Shown here: piece after piece, positions 20,130 through 28,982 of the stretch
Numbering within the stretch: the first letter of the stretch is position 1
How the letters are laid out: the number at the start of each line of letters is the position of its first letter
DNA from: a bacterium
Lineage (GTDB): Bacteria; Elusimicrobiota; Elusimicrobia; UBA1565; UBA9628
NCBI GenBank assembly: GCA_021822495.1
Contig: JAKAQO010000001.1
Coordinates: 264,808-328,807 of the forward strand
Length of the DNA: 64,000 bases
Direction of reading: 5' to 3'
Program-made: the position numbers and the translations under genes
Notes under the pieces: model-generated
Databases searched by the model: none
Seen by the model: the letters and a program-made list of their open reading frames with translations, nothing else
What the model was told of the DNA's origin: nothing

Positions 20130-20933
20130 CTATTTTCCTTTAAAATTAGGCTTTCGCTTTTCTAAAAATGCCGTAACGCCTTCCGCGTGATCTTCCGTTT
20201 TTCCCAAAATCTCCTGCAACTGGGCTTCATACTCCATCTGGGTTTCTAAATCATTTTCCAGGGAGCGGTTCAAAGCTCGTTTGGTCAACGCGACCGATAA
20301 AGGCGGGGCGCTTAAAATTTCTTTCGCCAAATCCCAAGCCGCCGGCCCGACTTCTTCGGGACTCGCCAAACGATTGACCCAGCCGAATCGAAACGCATCT
20401 TCGGCCGTTATGGGTTTGGCCGTCCAGGCGTATTCCAGGGCTAAAGAGAGTCCCAGAAAACGAGGCATAAAATAAGTCATGCCGGAATCCGGAACCAATC
20501 CCACGCGGGAAAAGGCGTTGATAAATTTCGCATCGCGGCTCGCGACCTTAATATCGGTAGACAAAATCAAACTCGCCCCCGCTCCGGCGGCGAGACCGTT
20601 AATCGCTCCAATCACCGGTTTTTCAAGCTTGCGAATTTGAGAAATTAAAGGATTAAAATGGCGGCGCAGTTCATCCCCCAGGGAAAAAGGAGCCTCCGCC
20701 TGCCGCTCTTTCAAATCTCCCAAATCGGCTCCGGCGCAAAAGGCTCGCCCAGCGGCGGTTAAAATCACGCAACGAATTTCTGGAGTTTTCTCCGCTTTTT
20801 TAAGGGCTTCTGAAATGCCTTTGAGCATTTCCAGGGTCAGCGAGTTGAGAACCTCCGGACGGTTTAAGGTCAAGGTCATGACCCCGCCTTCCATCTGAAT
20901 CAACAGGGGTTGAGACTCGGCGATTCGGGTCAT
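20130..20933 (-). CDS. Enoyl-CoA hydratase/isomerase (crotonase family)
   Basis: 'NRPEVLNSLT', 'AAGRAFCAGADL', 'IGAINGLAAGAGASL' crotonase motifs. Confidence 0.8.
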   Translation of the reverse strand: MTRIAESQPLLIQMEGGVMTLTLNRPEVLNSLTLEMLKGISEALKKAEKTPEIRCVILTAAGRAFCAGADLGDLKERQAEAPFSLGDELRRHFNPLISQIRKLEKPVIGAINGLAAGAGASLILSTDIKVASRDAKFINAFSRVGLVPDSGMTYFMPRFLGLSLALEYAWTAKPITAEDAFRFGWVNRLASPEEVGPAAWDLAKEILSAPPLSVALTKRALNRSLENDLETQMEYEAQLQEILGKTEDHAEGVTAFLEKRKPNFKGK

Positions 20934-21724
20934 TATTTGCCTCTAAATTTTGGTTTACGCTTTTCAATAAACGCCTTCATTCCTTCTTTTTGATCCTCGC
21001 TGTCAAATAAATCGTAAAAAAGCTCGCGCTCCAGTTTCAAGGCCTTGGGGTGATCGGGATAATCAGGGCTTAATGCCGAGAGAACTGATTTTTTAATCGC
21101 CATGACCGCCAAGGGCGGCATTGCGGCAATCTCTCGAGCCCATTTCATCGCTTCATCCAAAAATGATTCCGCAGGAACTACGCGGTTAATGATTCCAAGT
21201 TCAAGCGCTTCGCGGGCCGATATTTTTTTACCCGTCCAGAGAATCTCTAAAGCCTTTGCGCGGCCTAAAAGCCGGGCTAGTCGCACGGTTCCGCCCGCGC
21301 CCGGCATAACCCCAATTAAGATTTCAGGCTGACCTAAAACCGCGGTCTCAGATGCGATTCTTAAATCGCAGGCCAAGGCGAGTTCCAAACCGCCGCCCAA
21401 GGCGTATCCGCTGATGGCGGCAATGGTTGGCTTGGGGAAAGTGGAAACTTTATCCCAACGAGACAAATGCGGGTCCAAGCGCATTTCTTTTGAGCTTAAG
21501 CCTTCCATTTCCGATATATCGGCCCCGGCAGCGAAAGCTTTTTGAGAACCCGACAAAACGACCGCGCGCACGGCGGAATCAGCCGCGCAATCATCCATAG
21601 CTTTTTCCAATTCATCCATCAAAGGATGACTCAAGGCATTGAGCGCTTCCGGACGGTTGAGCGTAATGAGCCCGACCGCGCCTTTCTTTTCAAAAATGAC
21701 GGAGGGCTTCGTATCCAAGATCAA
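20933..21724 (-). CDS. Enoyl-CoA hydratase/isomerase (crotonase family), second paralogue
   Basis: 'NRPEALNAL', 'GSQKAFAAGADI', 'IAAISGYALGGGLELA'. Start/stop overlap with the neighbouring gene. Confidence 0.8.
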   Translation of the reverse strand: MILDTKPSVIFEKKGAVGLITLNRPEALNALSHPLMDELEKAMDDCAADSAVRAVVLSGSQKAFAAGADISEMEGLSSKEMRLDPHLSRWDKVSTFPKPTIAAISGYALGGGLELALACDLRIASETAVLGQPEILIGVMPGAGGTVRLARLLGRAKALEILWTGKKISAREALELGIINRVVPAESFLDEAMKWAREIAAMPPLAVMAIKKSVLSALSPDYPDHPKALKLERELFYDLFDSEDQKEGMKAFIEKRKPKFRGK

Positions 21725-23226
21725 TTAAGGTCCACCCACACGCTCTTAAGCTGGGTATAGGATTCAATCGCGTATTGGCTTTTTTCGCGGCCGTATCCGC
21801 TTTGTTTAAAGCCGCCCCAGGGCGCGGCGGCGTCCACAAAGTGATAGCAGTTGATCCACACCGTTCCCGCCTGAATTTTCTGGGCCATTTGATGGGCTTT
21901 TTTGACGTCTTTGGTCCACACCGCAGCCACGAGTCCGTAGGGGCTGGCATTGGCCCGGGAAACGACCTCATCCACTGAATCAAAGGGCATGACGGATGCG
22001 ACCGGTCCAAAAATTTCTTCCCGCGCAATCTTCATGGAATCGCCCACGTCCGAAAACACCGTGGGCTTAACGAAATATCCGGGCCCTGACGCGGCTTCTC
22101 CTCCGGCCAAAAGTTTGGCGCCCTCTTTTTTTCCGGATTCGATATAGGACAGAACTCGATTTCTTTGCTCTTCGGAAACGAGCGGCCCCATCTGGGTTTT
22201 GGGATCAAGTCCCGGCCCTTGACGGACGGTTTTGGCGCGCTCGGCCAAAATCTGGACCATTTCCTCGTATTTTGATTTCTCGACGAAAATTCTGGATCCC
22301 GCCGAGCAACATTGTCCTTGATTATAAAAAACTCCCATGAACATTCCCTTGGCGGCGGCTTCCAAATCGGCGTCGGCAAAGACGATATTGGGAGATTTTC
22401 CGCCCAATTCCAAAGTCACCCGCTTGAGGTTTCCCGCCGAGGCTTTAAGAATCTCGCGCCCCACCTCTGTTGAGCCTGTAAAGGTAATTTTATCCACGCC
22501 CGAATGGGCGGCTAAAGCGGCTCCGGCCGTCGGGCCAAAACCCGGAATAATATTGACGACTCCTTCCGGAAGCCCGGCTTCAAGCAAAAGCTCTCCTAAG
22601 CGCAAGGCCGACAAAGGCGTTTGCTCGGCGGGTTTTAAGACGACCGCGTTTCCGCAAGCTAATGCGGGAGCAAGACGCTCAACCGCCATGAGAAGAGGAA
22701 AATTCCACGGGATGATCGCGCCAATAACCCCAACGGGCTCGCGAACAGTGTAATGCAAAAACTTGGCCCCGGGATAATACGGGACAGACACCGGAATCGT
22801 TTCCCCGTGAATTTTCGTCGGCCAACCGGCGAAATAACGCCAAAGACCGATGGTCAGGGGCAAATCTCCGTTTTTGGCTTCGCGAATGGTTTTGCCATTA
22901 TTTAAGGTTTCCAGTTGCGCAAGCTCTTCCGAATGGGCCTCGACCAGATCGGCGATTTTGTTGAGGACTCTTTCTCTCTCCGCTGGGCTCATCTTGGACC
23001 ACGGTCCCTCCAAGGCCTTGCGCGCGGCGGAAACGGCCGCGTCCACATCTTTTGAATCCGCCTCGGACACGGAAGCCAAAACTTCGCCCGTCGCCGGATT
23101 ATGGGTCTTAAAAACTTTTCCGGATGCAGATTCAGCCCAGCGTCCGCCGATGAGAAGAGGATGACTTTTCTTTGATAAGAATTTTTGCAGATTCGGATGG
23201 ATTTCCAAAGCGGCGGCAATAGGCAT
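21721..23226 (-). CDS. NAD(P)-dependent aldehyde dehydrogenase
   Basis: 'ELGGKSP' and 'FYNQGQCCSAGSR' ALDH catalytic motifs, 501 aa. Confidence 0.85.
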   Translation of the reverse strand: MPIAAALEIHPNLQKFLSKKSHPLLIGGRWAESASGKVFKTHNPATGEVLASVSEADSKDVDAAVSAARKALEGPWSKMSPAERERVLNKIADLVEAHSEELAQLETLNNGKTIREAKNGDLPLTIGLWRYFAGWPTKIHGETIPVSVPYYPGAKFLHYTVREPVGVIGAIIPWNFPLLMAVERLAPALACGNAVVLKPAEQTPLSALRLGELLLEAGLPEGVVNIIPGFGPTAGAALAAHSGVDKITFTGSTEVGREILKASAGNLKRVTLELGGKSPNIVFADADLEAAAKGMFMGVFYNQGQCCSAGSRIFVEKSKYEEMVQILAERAKTVRQGPGLDPKTQMGPLVSEEQRNRVLSYIESGKKEGAKLLAGGEAASGPGYFVKPTVFSDVGDSMKIAREEIFGPVASVMPFDSVDEVVSRANASPYGLVAAVWTKDVKKAHQMAQKIQAGTVWINCYHFVDAAAPWGGFKQSGYGREKSQYAIESYTQLKSVWVDLN

Positions 23227-23240
23227 AAAAACCTCCTGAA

Positions 23241-23999
23241 TTAGGGTTTAGCGGCTAGAGCTTTGTCTAAAACTTCGGGAATGTAGAGAATTCTTTGGCA
23301 ACTTTCGCAAAAAACGAAATTTTTAAGTTTCGTGACCTCAATCACCATTTGGGGAGCGAGATTCATCCGACAGGCGCCGCAAACCGCCCCTCCATCGGAT
23401 TTCTTGATCGCCTTTGAAACTGGATCGCGCTTCCCGCGGGAACGGACATGATCGTAAATTTTATGGATATCCTCGGGAATAGGCTCCGCTAAATTCTTGC
23501 GCTCGGCCAGCAAGGTCTCTTTTTTCGCTTTAACGGCCGCAAGATCGGATTCTTTTTCGGCGATTTGAGCCAAAAAGGCTTTTTCCTCTACTCCAAAATC
23601 AGCCGTCGCCTTTTTAAACTCCTGTTGGGCGCCGTCAATTTGTTCCATGAATTCCAAAATTTTAGTCTCAATATCGCCGACTTCCGATTTCGCGCGGTCA
23701 ATCTCCACTTGGAGGGCTTTAAAAGCTTCGTTGGTCTTGACGGTATTGAGTTCGCCGGAATGCTTGCGAATGGCCTCTTCTTTTTGAGCAAGCTCCAACT
23801 CCCGCTCTTTTTTCTTTTTCTCGAAATCCTGAACCTGAGCCTTGGCCTGGGAAGCCTTTTGGCGGGCGGCTTCGATTTTGTTTTTTAAATCCGCGATGAA
23901 TGCGGGAATATCCGCCAGGGATTTATCGACGGCGTCAATGGCCTGATCGTGGGCCTGAAGTTCAATAAGGCGTCGAATATGCTCCGCGTTGAGGGCCAT
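23241..23999 (-). CDS. COG1579-type coiled-coil protein with a C-terminal zinc-ribbon (CxxC…CxxC)
   Basis: Long coiled coil then 'CGACRMNL…CESCQRIL'. Confidence 0.55.
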   Translation of the reverse strand: MALNAEHIRRLIELQAHDQAIDAVDKSLADIPAFIADLKNKIEAARQKASQAKAQVQDFEKKKKERELELAQKEEAIRKHSGELNTVKTNEAFKALQVEIDRAKSEVGDIETKILEFMEQIDGAQQEFKKATADFGVEEKAFLAQIAEKESDLAAVKAKKETLLAERKNLAEPIPEDIHKIYDHVRSRGKRDPVSKAIKKSDGGAVCGACRMNLAPQMVIEVTKLKNFVFCESCQRILYIPEVLDKALAAKP

Positions 24000-24019
24000 C
24001 GAATTTATTATAGCTAATT

Positions 24020-24382
24020 TTAATCGGCCTGTTTTGAGCGCGGACGCGAAGAATCCGCACGGTAAAGAATCACCTGGACTTTTTCCATCGTCACCAAGCC
24101 TTCACGAACCATCTCGTCAAGCTTGGGCAATATCTGATTAATTTTTTCCTCCGTATCAACAATCTCAATAACGATGGGAAGGTCATAGGAGAGTTCGAGC
24201 ATCTTGGCGGTGTGAACATGGGCTTTGCACCCGAAACCCATCATGCCTCTTAAAACCGTGGCGCCGGCCATTTTGAGCGCCTTCGCCTCGTTGATAATGG
24301 CTTCATGAAGGGGGTGCCCCTGCCACTGGTCCTGCTCGCCGACGAATATCCTCAACAGTTTTTGTTCGCCCTCAAGTTTCAT
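24020..24382 (-). CDS. DUF190 (PII-like) protein, typical crcB-operon partner
   Basis: 'LLRIFVGEQDQWQGHPLHEAII…GATVLRGMMGFG' matches DUF190. Immediately downstream of crcB. Confidence 0.6.
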   Translation of the reverse strand: MKLEGEQKLLRIFVGEQDQWQGHPLHEAIINEAKALKMAGATVLRGMMGFGCKAHVHTAKMLELSYDLPIVIEIVDTEEKINQILPKLDEMVREGLVTMEKVQVILYRADSSRPRSKQAD

Positions 24383-24396
24383 TGCATCCTCCCAAT

Positions 24397-24771
24397 TTAT
24401 ACCATCGTTCCGATCAAAACCCCAATGCGGTAAAAGACGAGCCCGGCCCCCAAGTTCCCAATTAAATTGGCTCCCGCCCGCATCATTTCGCCGTTATCGG
24501 CCAGATTTGAGGTTTCAAGGATCCAAGTTGAGAATGTGGAATATGCGCCGCAAAAACCCGTCATGAGAAGAAGTCGCGCATTCGGCCTTAAGGCCCCGCG
24601 AGACGTCATACCGGCTAAAACGCCCACGATGAGACACGCCGTTAGATTGACGACCCAGGTTCCATAAGGAAAGCCTGTTCCAGTAAATTCCGGAACCCAG
24701 GTCGAAACGAGGTAGCGAAGAAAGGTTCCTAAAATTCCCCCTACCGAAAGAATCAGCCACTTATTATTCAT
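24397..24771 (-). CDS. crcB: Fluoride ion channel CrcB/Fluc
   Basis: 'GGILGTFLRY…GFCGAYSTFSTW' CrcB motifs, four TM segments. Start at MNNKW with an AGGAG RBS. Preceded by a fluoride riboswitch. Confidence 0.85.
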   Translation of the reverse strand: MNNKWLILSVGGILGTFLRYLVSTWVPEFTGTGFPYGTWVVNLTACLIVGVLAGMTSRGALRPNARLLLMTGFCGAYSTFSTWILETSNLADNGEMMRAGANLIGNLGAGLVFYRIGVLIGTMV

Positions 24772-24797
24772 CAGAATAATCTCCTGATTAAGTTTTT

Positions 24798-24858
24798 TGG
24801 TAGGAGTTATCATCCTCGGAGAGACCAAGGCTTTTAGGCGAACCCCATCGCCTGTGGT
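24798..24858 (-). ncRNA. Fluoride riboswitch (crcB RNA motif) in the crcB 5' leader
   Basis: Minus strand reads AGGCGAUGGGGUUCGCCUAAAAGCC…GAGGAUGAUAACUCCUACC, matching the conserved GGCGAUGGnGUUCGCC…AAA…CUGAUGAUnCCUAC pseudoknot core, ~20 nt upstream of the RBS and ATG. Confidence 0.7.
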
Positions 24859-24863
24859 TTATT

Positions 24864-26045
24864 CTACAAAACTTCAAAAGTCCCGTCGGCTTTTTTGACG
24901 AAGACCTTATGATCCTGACGGGCGAAGACTTCAATCCGGTCTAACGCTAAAGGGTATTTTGCAATCGGAGATTTATCCCGGTAAGGAGAGTCAATTTTAT
25001 CCCCCACTGGAATGGATTGCCACCAATGAATCGCGTCTAATATTTCCTCAACGGGAACCGTCTCATGGTCGGTTAAATTAAGGACCGCTGTTCCCCACCC
25101 AAGGCCGTGGCGCTCAGCGTGCTTGTAAATCTGAGAATTGGCTTTGTTAAGAAACAAAGGAAATCCCTTGAGCGAATGAACCGTTTTCATCTCCGCCATG
25201 CGCCCGTCTAAAACCAAATCCGGAGTTGATTGTTCCCTCACCCCGCCCTCAATTAAAACCACCTGCAACTGATTTACGCCAGATTTCAGAAGAGATTCCA
25301 GCAGAACCCTTTCATGCGGCAACAAATCCGGCAGAATTTCAACCAGGGCTGGCGAATGGGATACATCCACCGTAATAATATCTCCGCCGTTCCCTCCAGG
25401 ATAATGATAAACCTTAAGCGACTGGATCTTCCCATTCCCAAAAGCGACCGCCAACTGCTCGCGGAAATGTTCAAGGGCCGCGTTGGTGTTGGGAATAGCG
25501 CGGGCCACCTCTCCCGCGTTTTGAACATGAATAATAGTCGGAGGGCCGCGAGCCAGAAGAGAACGGTTTTTTCCATCGTTTCCACCGCTAAAGCCCGCCC
25601 CATCCCAGGCCGACGAAAATCCTTGAAGCGAACCGTTATTTAATAATTTTTTCGCGAAATATTTAAGCCGCAGGAGTGTTTTTGAATGGATTTGGGAATA
25701 TTGGTTTTGTTGGCCGGATGAATAAGACCAAATCCTCGGAGCGGTAAAATTTTCAGCCGCAAGCGGCTTAAAATGATCCAGAAGCCCAACACTCTTAACC
25801 GGAGCGAGAATCGGATTTTTTTGCAAAAGAACGTCTTCGCTGGAAAGAATTTCCTGCCGAGGACTCAAGACCGCATCTTGTTCAAGAACCGCGCTGTTTA
25901 GATTTTGATCTTCATTATTAACGGAAGGAATCGAAATATTGACATTGATGGGGGCCAGCGTCTGGGGTTGAGAAGCATCCTCCGCGCGGTCAAGCGCATG
26001 AGAACTCAAGCTCACAAGTCTCAGTAAAAGAAGGAGCTTAATCAT
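24864..26045 (-). CDS. Secreted hypothetical protein (possibly phosphodiester-glycosidase/DUF2233-like)
   Basis: Signal peptide 'MIKLLLLLRLVSLSSHA'. Weak resemblance only; the family call is low confidence. Confidence 0.5.
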   Translation of the reverse strand: MIKLLLLLRLVSLSSHALDRAEDASQPQTLAPINVNISIPSVNNEDQNLNSAVLEQDAVLSPRQEILSSEDVLLQKNPILAPVKSVGLLDHFKPLAAENFTAPRIWSYSSGQQNQYSQIHSKTLLRLKYFAKKLLNNGSLQGFSSAWDGAGFSGGNDGKNRSLLARGPPTIIHVQNAGEVARAIPNTNAALEHFREQLAVAFGNGKIQSLKVYHYPGGNGGDIITVDVSHSPALVEILPDLLPHERVLLESLLKSGVNQLQVVLIEGGVREQSTPDLVLDGRMAEMKTVHSLKGFPLFLNKANSQIYKHAERHGLGWGTAVLNLTDHETVPVEEILDAIHWWQSIPVGDKIDSPYRDKSPIAKYPLALDRIEVFARQDHKVFVKKADGTFEVL

Positions 26046-26102
26046 ATTCTCATGATAGGACAAAAAGGCCCCTCGCGATAGGGCCAAAAGGCCTAGGGCG
26101 TT

Positions 26103-26120
26103 CTGGGCCTTTCGGCCCAG
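26103..26120. repeat. GC-rich REP-like hairpin CTGGGCCTTTCGGCCCAG
   Basis: Perfect 7-bp palindrome. Near-identical copy at 42639..42654 and a degenerate copy near 455..468. Confidence 0.5.
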
Positions 26121-26130
26121 ACCCGCCCTG

Positions 26131-26337
26131 CTAAATCAGAAATTTTCCCTTATCTGCCACGGCCGGGTGAGGAAAAGCCCTGTTGAAAGAGAGGCTTGCG
26201 GCATTGAGAAACGCAATATGTTCCTCGGGGGTCAAACGGGCGGAAAGCGCATTTGCCCTCATCCTCGCGAAATCCGCGCGGCGTTCGGACGATGCCGCCT
26301 CATCGAGAAATCCCCGTTTTTCTTCCTCGCTAAACAT
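26131..26337 (-). CDS. Small RHH/DUF1778-like putative antitoxin-type protein
   Basis: 'LSARLTPEEHIAFLNAASLSFNRAF' resembles ribbon-helix-helix antitoxins. 8-nt overlap with the upstream small ORF. Confidence 0.3.
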   Translation of the reverse strand: MFSEEEKRGFLDEAASSERRADFARMRANALSARLTPEEHIAFLNAASLSFNRAFPHPAVADKGKFLI

Positions 26338-26722
26338 GGAATTCTTCCTTAAGCCGCCGGTAATCGGCCTCTTTTTGAAGGAGTTTGTAATACTCCTCTA
26401 TTCGCGTCCAATCGAGACGTTTTAGGTTCGCCTTAATTAAAGTTCTTATATCAACAGCGTCTTGTTCGCGGCTGCCGGGATCGGAATTACAAAGGGCCTG
26501 AAGCTTAAGACCTATAATATCCTCGGGCCGAGCCACCTTGATGCTTTCTCCAAAAAGGGAAAACTCGACGGCATCTCTAATCATGCGGAGGCTGAGGGGT
26601 CTAAAGGCGTGAATAAAATCAACATAGCCAAAAACCGGGAAAACATTTCCTTGATATTGCGAAACGTTATCGCTGAAAAATATCCTCTTTACAGTATAAC
26701 AGATAAATTCTCCGCCGGAAGA
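26330..26722 (-). pseudogene. 5'-truncated ORF (the frame is open ~130 codons upstream of the only ATG); possibly a nucleotidyltransferase-like remnant
   Basis: The called 84-aa ORF continues in-frame upstream without a start codon as far as the GT4 gene stop. 'GYVDFIHAF…DIIGLKLQA…QDAVDIRTL' is weakly nucleotidyltransferase-like. Confidence 0.3.
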
Positions 26723-26728
26723 AACGAT

Positions 26729-27886
26729 CTAGGAAGACCATAACATTTCATAGAGCCTTTCCTGGGCGAAAACCATGCCGTGAATGTCAAACTCAGGGCC
26801 GATGGATTGGGTGGCGTTCCGCCCCAGGCGGCGGCGCAAATCGGTATCTTTCAGAAGGGCGATGACTCGCGCGGCGAGAAGCGAAACGTCTCCTTGAGGA
26901 ACGCAAAATCCATTTTCGTCGTCTTTAATCAAATCAGAAATTCCGTCGGTCGCGTAAACGGCGGAAGGCGCGCCGCTTTTCATCGCCTCCACCAAGGATC
27001 TCGGCAAGCCTTCCCAAAGGGAAGTGAGGACAAAAACATCAGAGATAGAAATCCATTCCGCCGCGTCTTTTCGCCAACCCGGGAAACGCATTCGCTCAAA
27101 AACTCCCAATTCCCGGGCTTTTTCTTCAACCGCGTCCCGCAAAGGCCCTTCGCCAATAAACAAAAACTGGGCGCGCGGAATTTCCCGGAGAACTTTTGAA
27201 GCCATCAAGACAAAATCCAGCGGATTTTTCTGGGGCTTTAAATTGCCGATAGAAAGAACCAATGGCGCATTCGTCTCAAAGCCCATTTCTCTCTTTTTAA
27301 TCTCTGGATCGGACACGGAAGCGGGAAAGCGAGATAAATCCACGCCTGAGCGAATCAAGTGAAATTTCGATTCCGGGCCGATGCCGTTTTTTAAGGCGTA
27401 ATTCCAATTTGAACGCGAGACAAAAATAAGCGCCCGGCTTAGACCCGCGCAAAGGCGCTCAAGAAACACGTAAATTTTTTTGACAACGGAGTTTTGGAAA
27501 TCGTTAAAGCCGAAACCATGATAGGTATGGACGACAACTTTAATTCCGGCCGCCCAAGCGGCCAGGCGCCCCAAGATTCCGGCTTTGGAGCTGTGAGTAT
27601 GAACGATATCCGGCTTTTCTTTTTTAAAGAAAAGCCAAAGCGAAAACAAGGCGGCTAAATCCGCAAAAGGACTAACTTCTCGGCGCAGAAAAGAAAAAAA
27701 GACGATTCGGTAAAACCCTTTCTCTGAATTTTCCTGGGCTTCATTGTCAAGCTCGCCGCCTTTTCCGCAAGCCAAAACCGCCTCATATTTTTCCGGGTTG
27801 AGATTTCTCGCCGTCCATAAAGTATTTTGCTGGGCCCCCCCGAAATCAAGGCGCGTAATGAGGTGAATGACCTTGAGTCGCTTCAT
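26729..27886 (-). CDS. Glycosyltransferase family 1 (GT4)
   Basis: 'FVLTSLWEGLPRSLVEAMKSGAPSAVYATDGISDLI' GT4 signature. Confidence 0.8.
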   Translation of the reverse strand: MKRLKVIHLITRLDFGGAQQNTLWTARNLNPEKYEAVLACGKGGELDNEAQENSEKGFYRIVFFSFLRREVSPFADLAALFSLWLFFKKEKPDIVHTHSSKAGILGRLAAWAAGIKVVVHTYHGFGFNDFQNSVVKKIYVFLERLCAGLSRALIFVSRSNWNYALKNGIGPESKFHLIRSGVDLSRFPASVSDPEIKKREMGFETNAPLVLSIGNLKPQKNPLDFVLMASKVLREIPRAQFLFIGEGPLRDAVEEKARELGVFERMRFPGWRKDAAEWISISDVFVLTSLWEGLPRSLVEAMKSGAPSAVYATDGISDLIKDDENGFCVPQGDVSLLAARVIALLKDTDLRRRLGRNATQSIGPEFDIHGMVFAQERLYEMLWSS

Positions 27887-28536
27887 CGATCTCCTCGCGT
27901 TTTAAGCCCGTGGGCGCAAAAGCCCAGGACCGGGCATCCCGCGCAAACGGGACTTGCGCGGCAATGATTCTTGGCCAAGGCGACCAGAAGTGCGTGAAAC
28001 TCCGCGTAGAGAAAACTCTTTCTCGAAAGACTTGCCTCGAAAAATTCTTGAAGACGCGAGTATTCGGGGTTTTTCATCCAGCCCATCCTGCGGCTGATGC
28101 GCGAGGTGTAGGCGTCAATGACAAAGACCGGGCGCCGGGCCGCGTAAAGGAGAATGGAATCAGCCGTCTCAGGGCCAATACCCCATAAGCCCAAGAGTTC
28201 TCCCCGAACCTTCTCCAGCGGGCCGGAAAGCCAATCCTTAAGCGAGCCCCCGCGACTCAGAGCAGCCTCGACGAAAATCTTGATTTTCCGGCTTTTCTGG
28301 CGGAAATAACCGGAAGAGCGAATCAAGGATTGAAGCTTACGGGGAGAGATTTTGATTAATTTTTCCAAATCCAAAATCCGGGCGGCCTTAAGACGCATAA
28401 GAGCCTTGCAGACATTTTCCCAATTCGTGTTTTGAGTCAGAATGGCGCCCAAACAAATTTCCAAGCATTCTTTCTCGCTTAAACTTCCCCAAAATCCCGG
28501 GCGATAGATTGGGCTCCGTCCATTTGCTGGAGTCAC
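27883..28536 (-). CDS. HhH-GPD superfamily DNA glycosylase, endonuclease III-related, with a C-terminal 4Cys cluster
   Basis: 'LGLWGIGPETADSILLYA' HhH-GPD motif and 'CRASPVCAGCPVLGFC'. ATGA overlap with the GT4 gene. Confidence 0.7.
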   Translation of the reverse strand: MTPANGRSPIYRPGFWGSLSEKECLEICLGAILTQNTNWENVCKALMRLKAARILDLEKLIKISPRKLQSLIRSSGYFRQKSRKIKIFVEAALSRGGSLKDWLSGPLEKVRGELLGLWGIGPETADSILLYAARRPVFVIDAYTSRISRRMGWMKNPEYSRLQEFFEASLSRKSFLYAEFHALLVALAKNHCRASPVCAGCPVLGFCAHGLKTRGDR

Positions 28537-28607
28537 CGGCCACCAACCTTGAGGGCCGTAAGAATTTAAGAGGGTTCTATAGATAAGCGCCGGAGAATTT
28601 TTCGGGT

Positions 28608-28982
28608 TCAGCTCTTTGTTCCTAAAACCTTTTCGATTTTCTTAAAGAGGCGCTGGGAGTCGAATGGCTTAATCAGGTAATCGTCCGCCCCGCTGGCAAA
28701 AGCCGACTCCACGTCTCCCATGCGCCCCAAGGCCGTCGTCATGACGATTTTAATTTCCTTGGTCGCCGGATCTTTTTTAAGAATTTGACAGACGTCAAAA
28801 CCGCCCATCTTAGGTAAAATTACGTCCAAAAGAATGAGTTGGGGCTTTTCTCGCCTGGCTGCGGCCACTCCCTCGGCTCCGTCCATGGCCGCAACAACCC
28901 CATACCCCTTGGCCGCAAGCAAGGCTTTCAAACTTTCCAGAATTGTCGGATCGTCTTCAACAACCAATATTTTAATGGCCAT
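28608..28982 (-). CDS. Single-domain response regulator (CheY-like receiver)
   Basis: 'ILVVEDDP…LILLDVILPKMGGFD…YLIKPF'. Confidence 0.8.
   Translation of the reverse strand: MAIKILVVEDDPTILESLKALLAAKGYGVVAAMDGAEGVAAARREKPQLILLDVILPKMGGFDVCQILKKDPATKEIKIVMTTALGRMGDVESAFASGADDYLIKPFDSQRLFKKIEKVLGTKS

Noticed and set aside
26462-26743. + strand ORF 26462..26743 (93 aa).
   Set aside because: It overlaps the minus-strand truncated reading frame and has no RBS or motif. More likely spurious.
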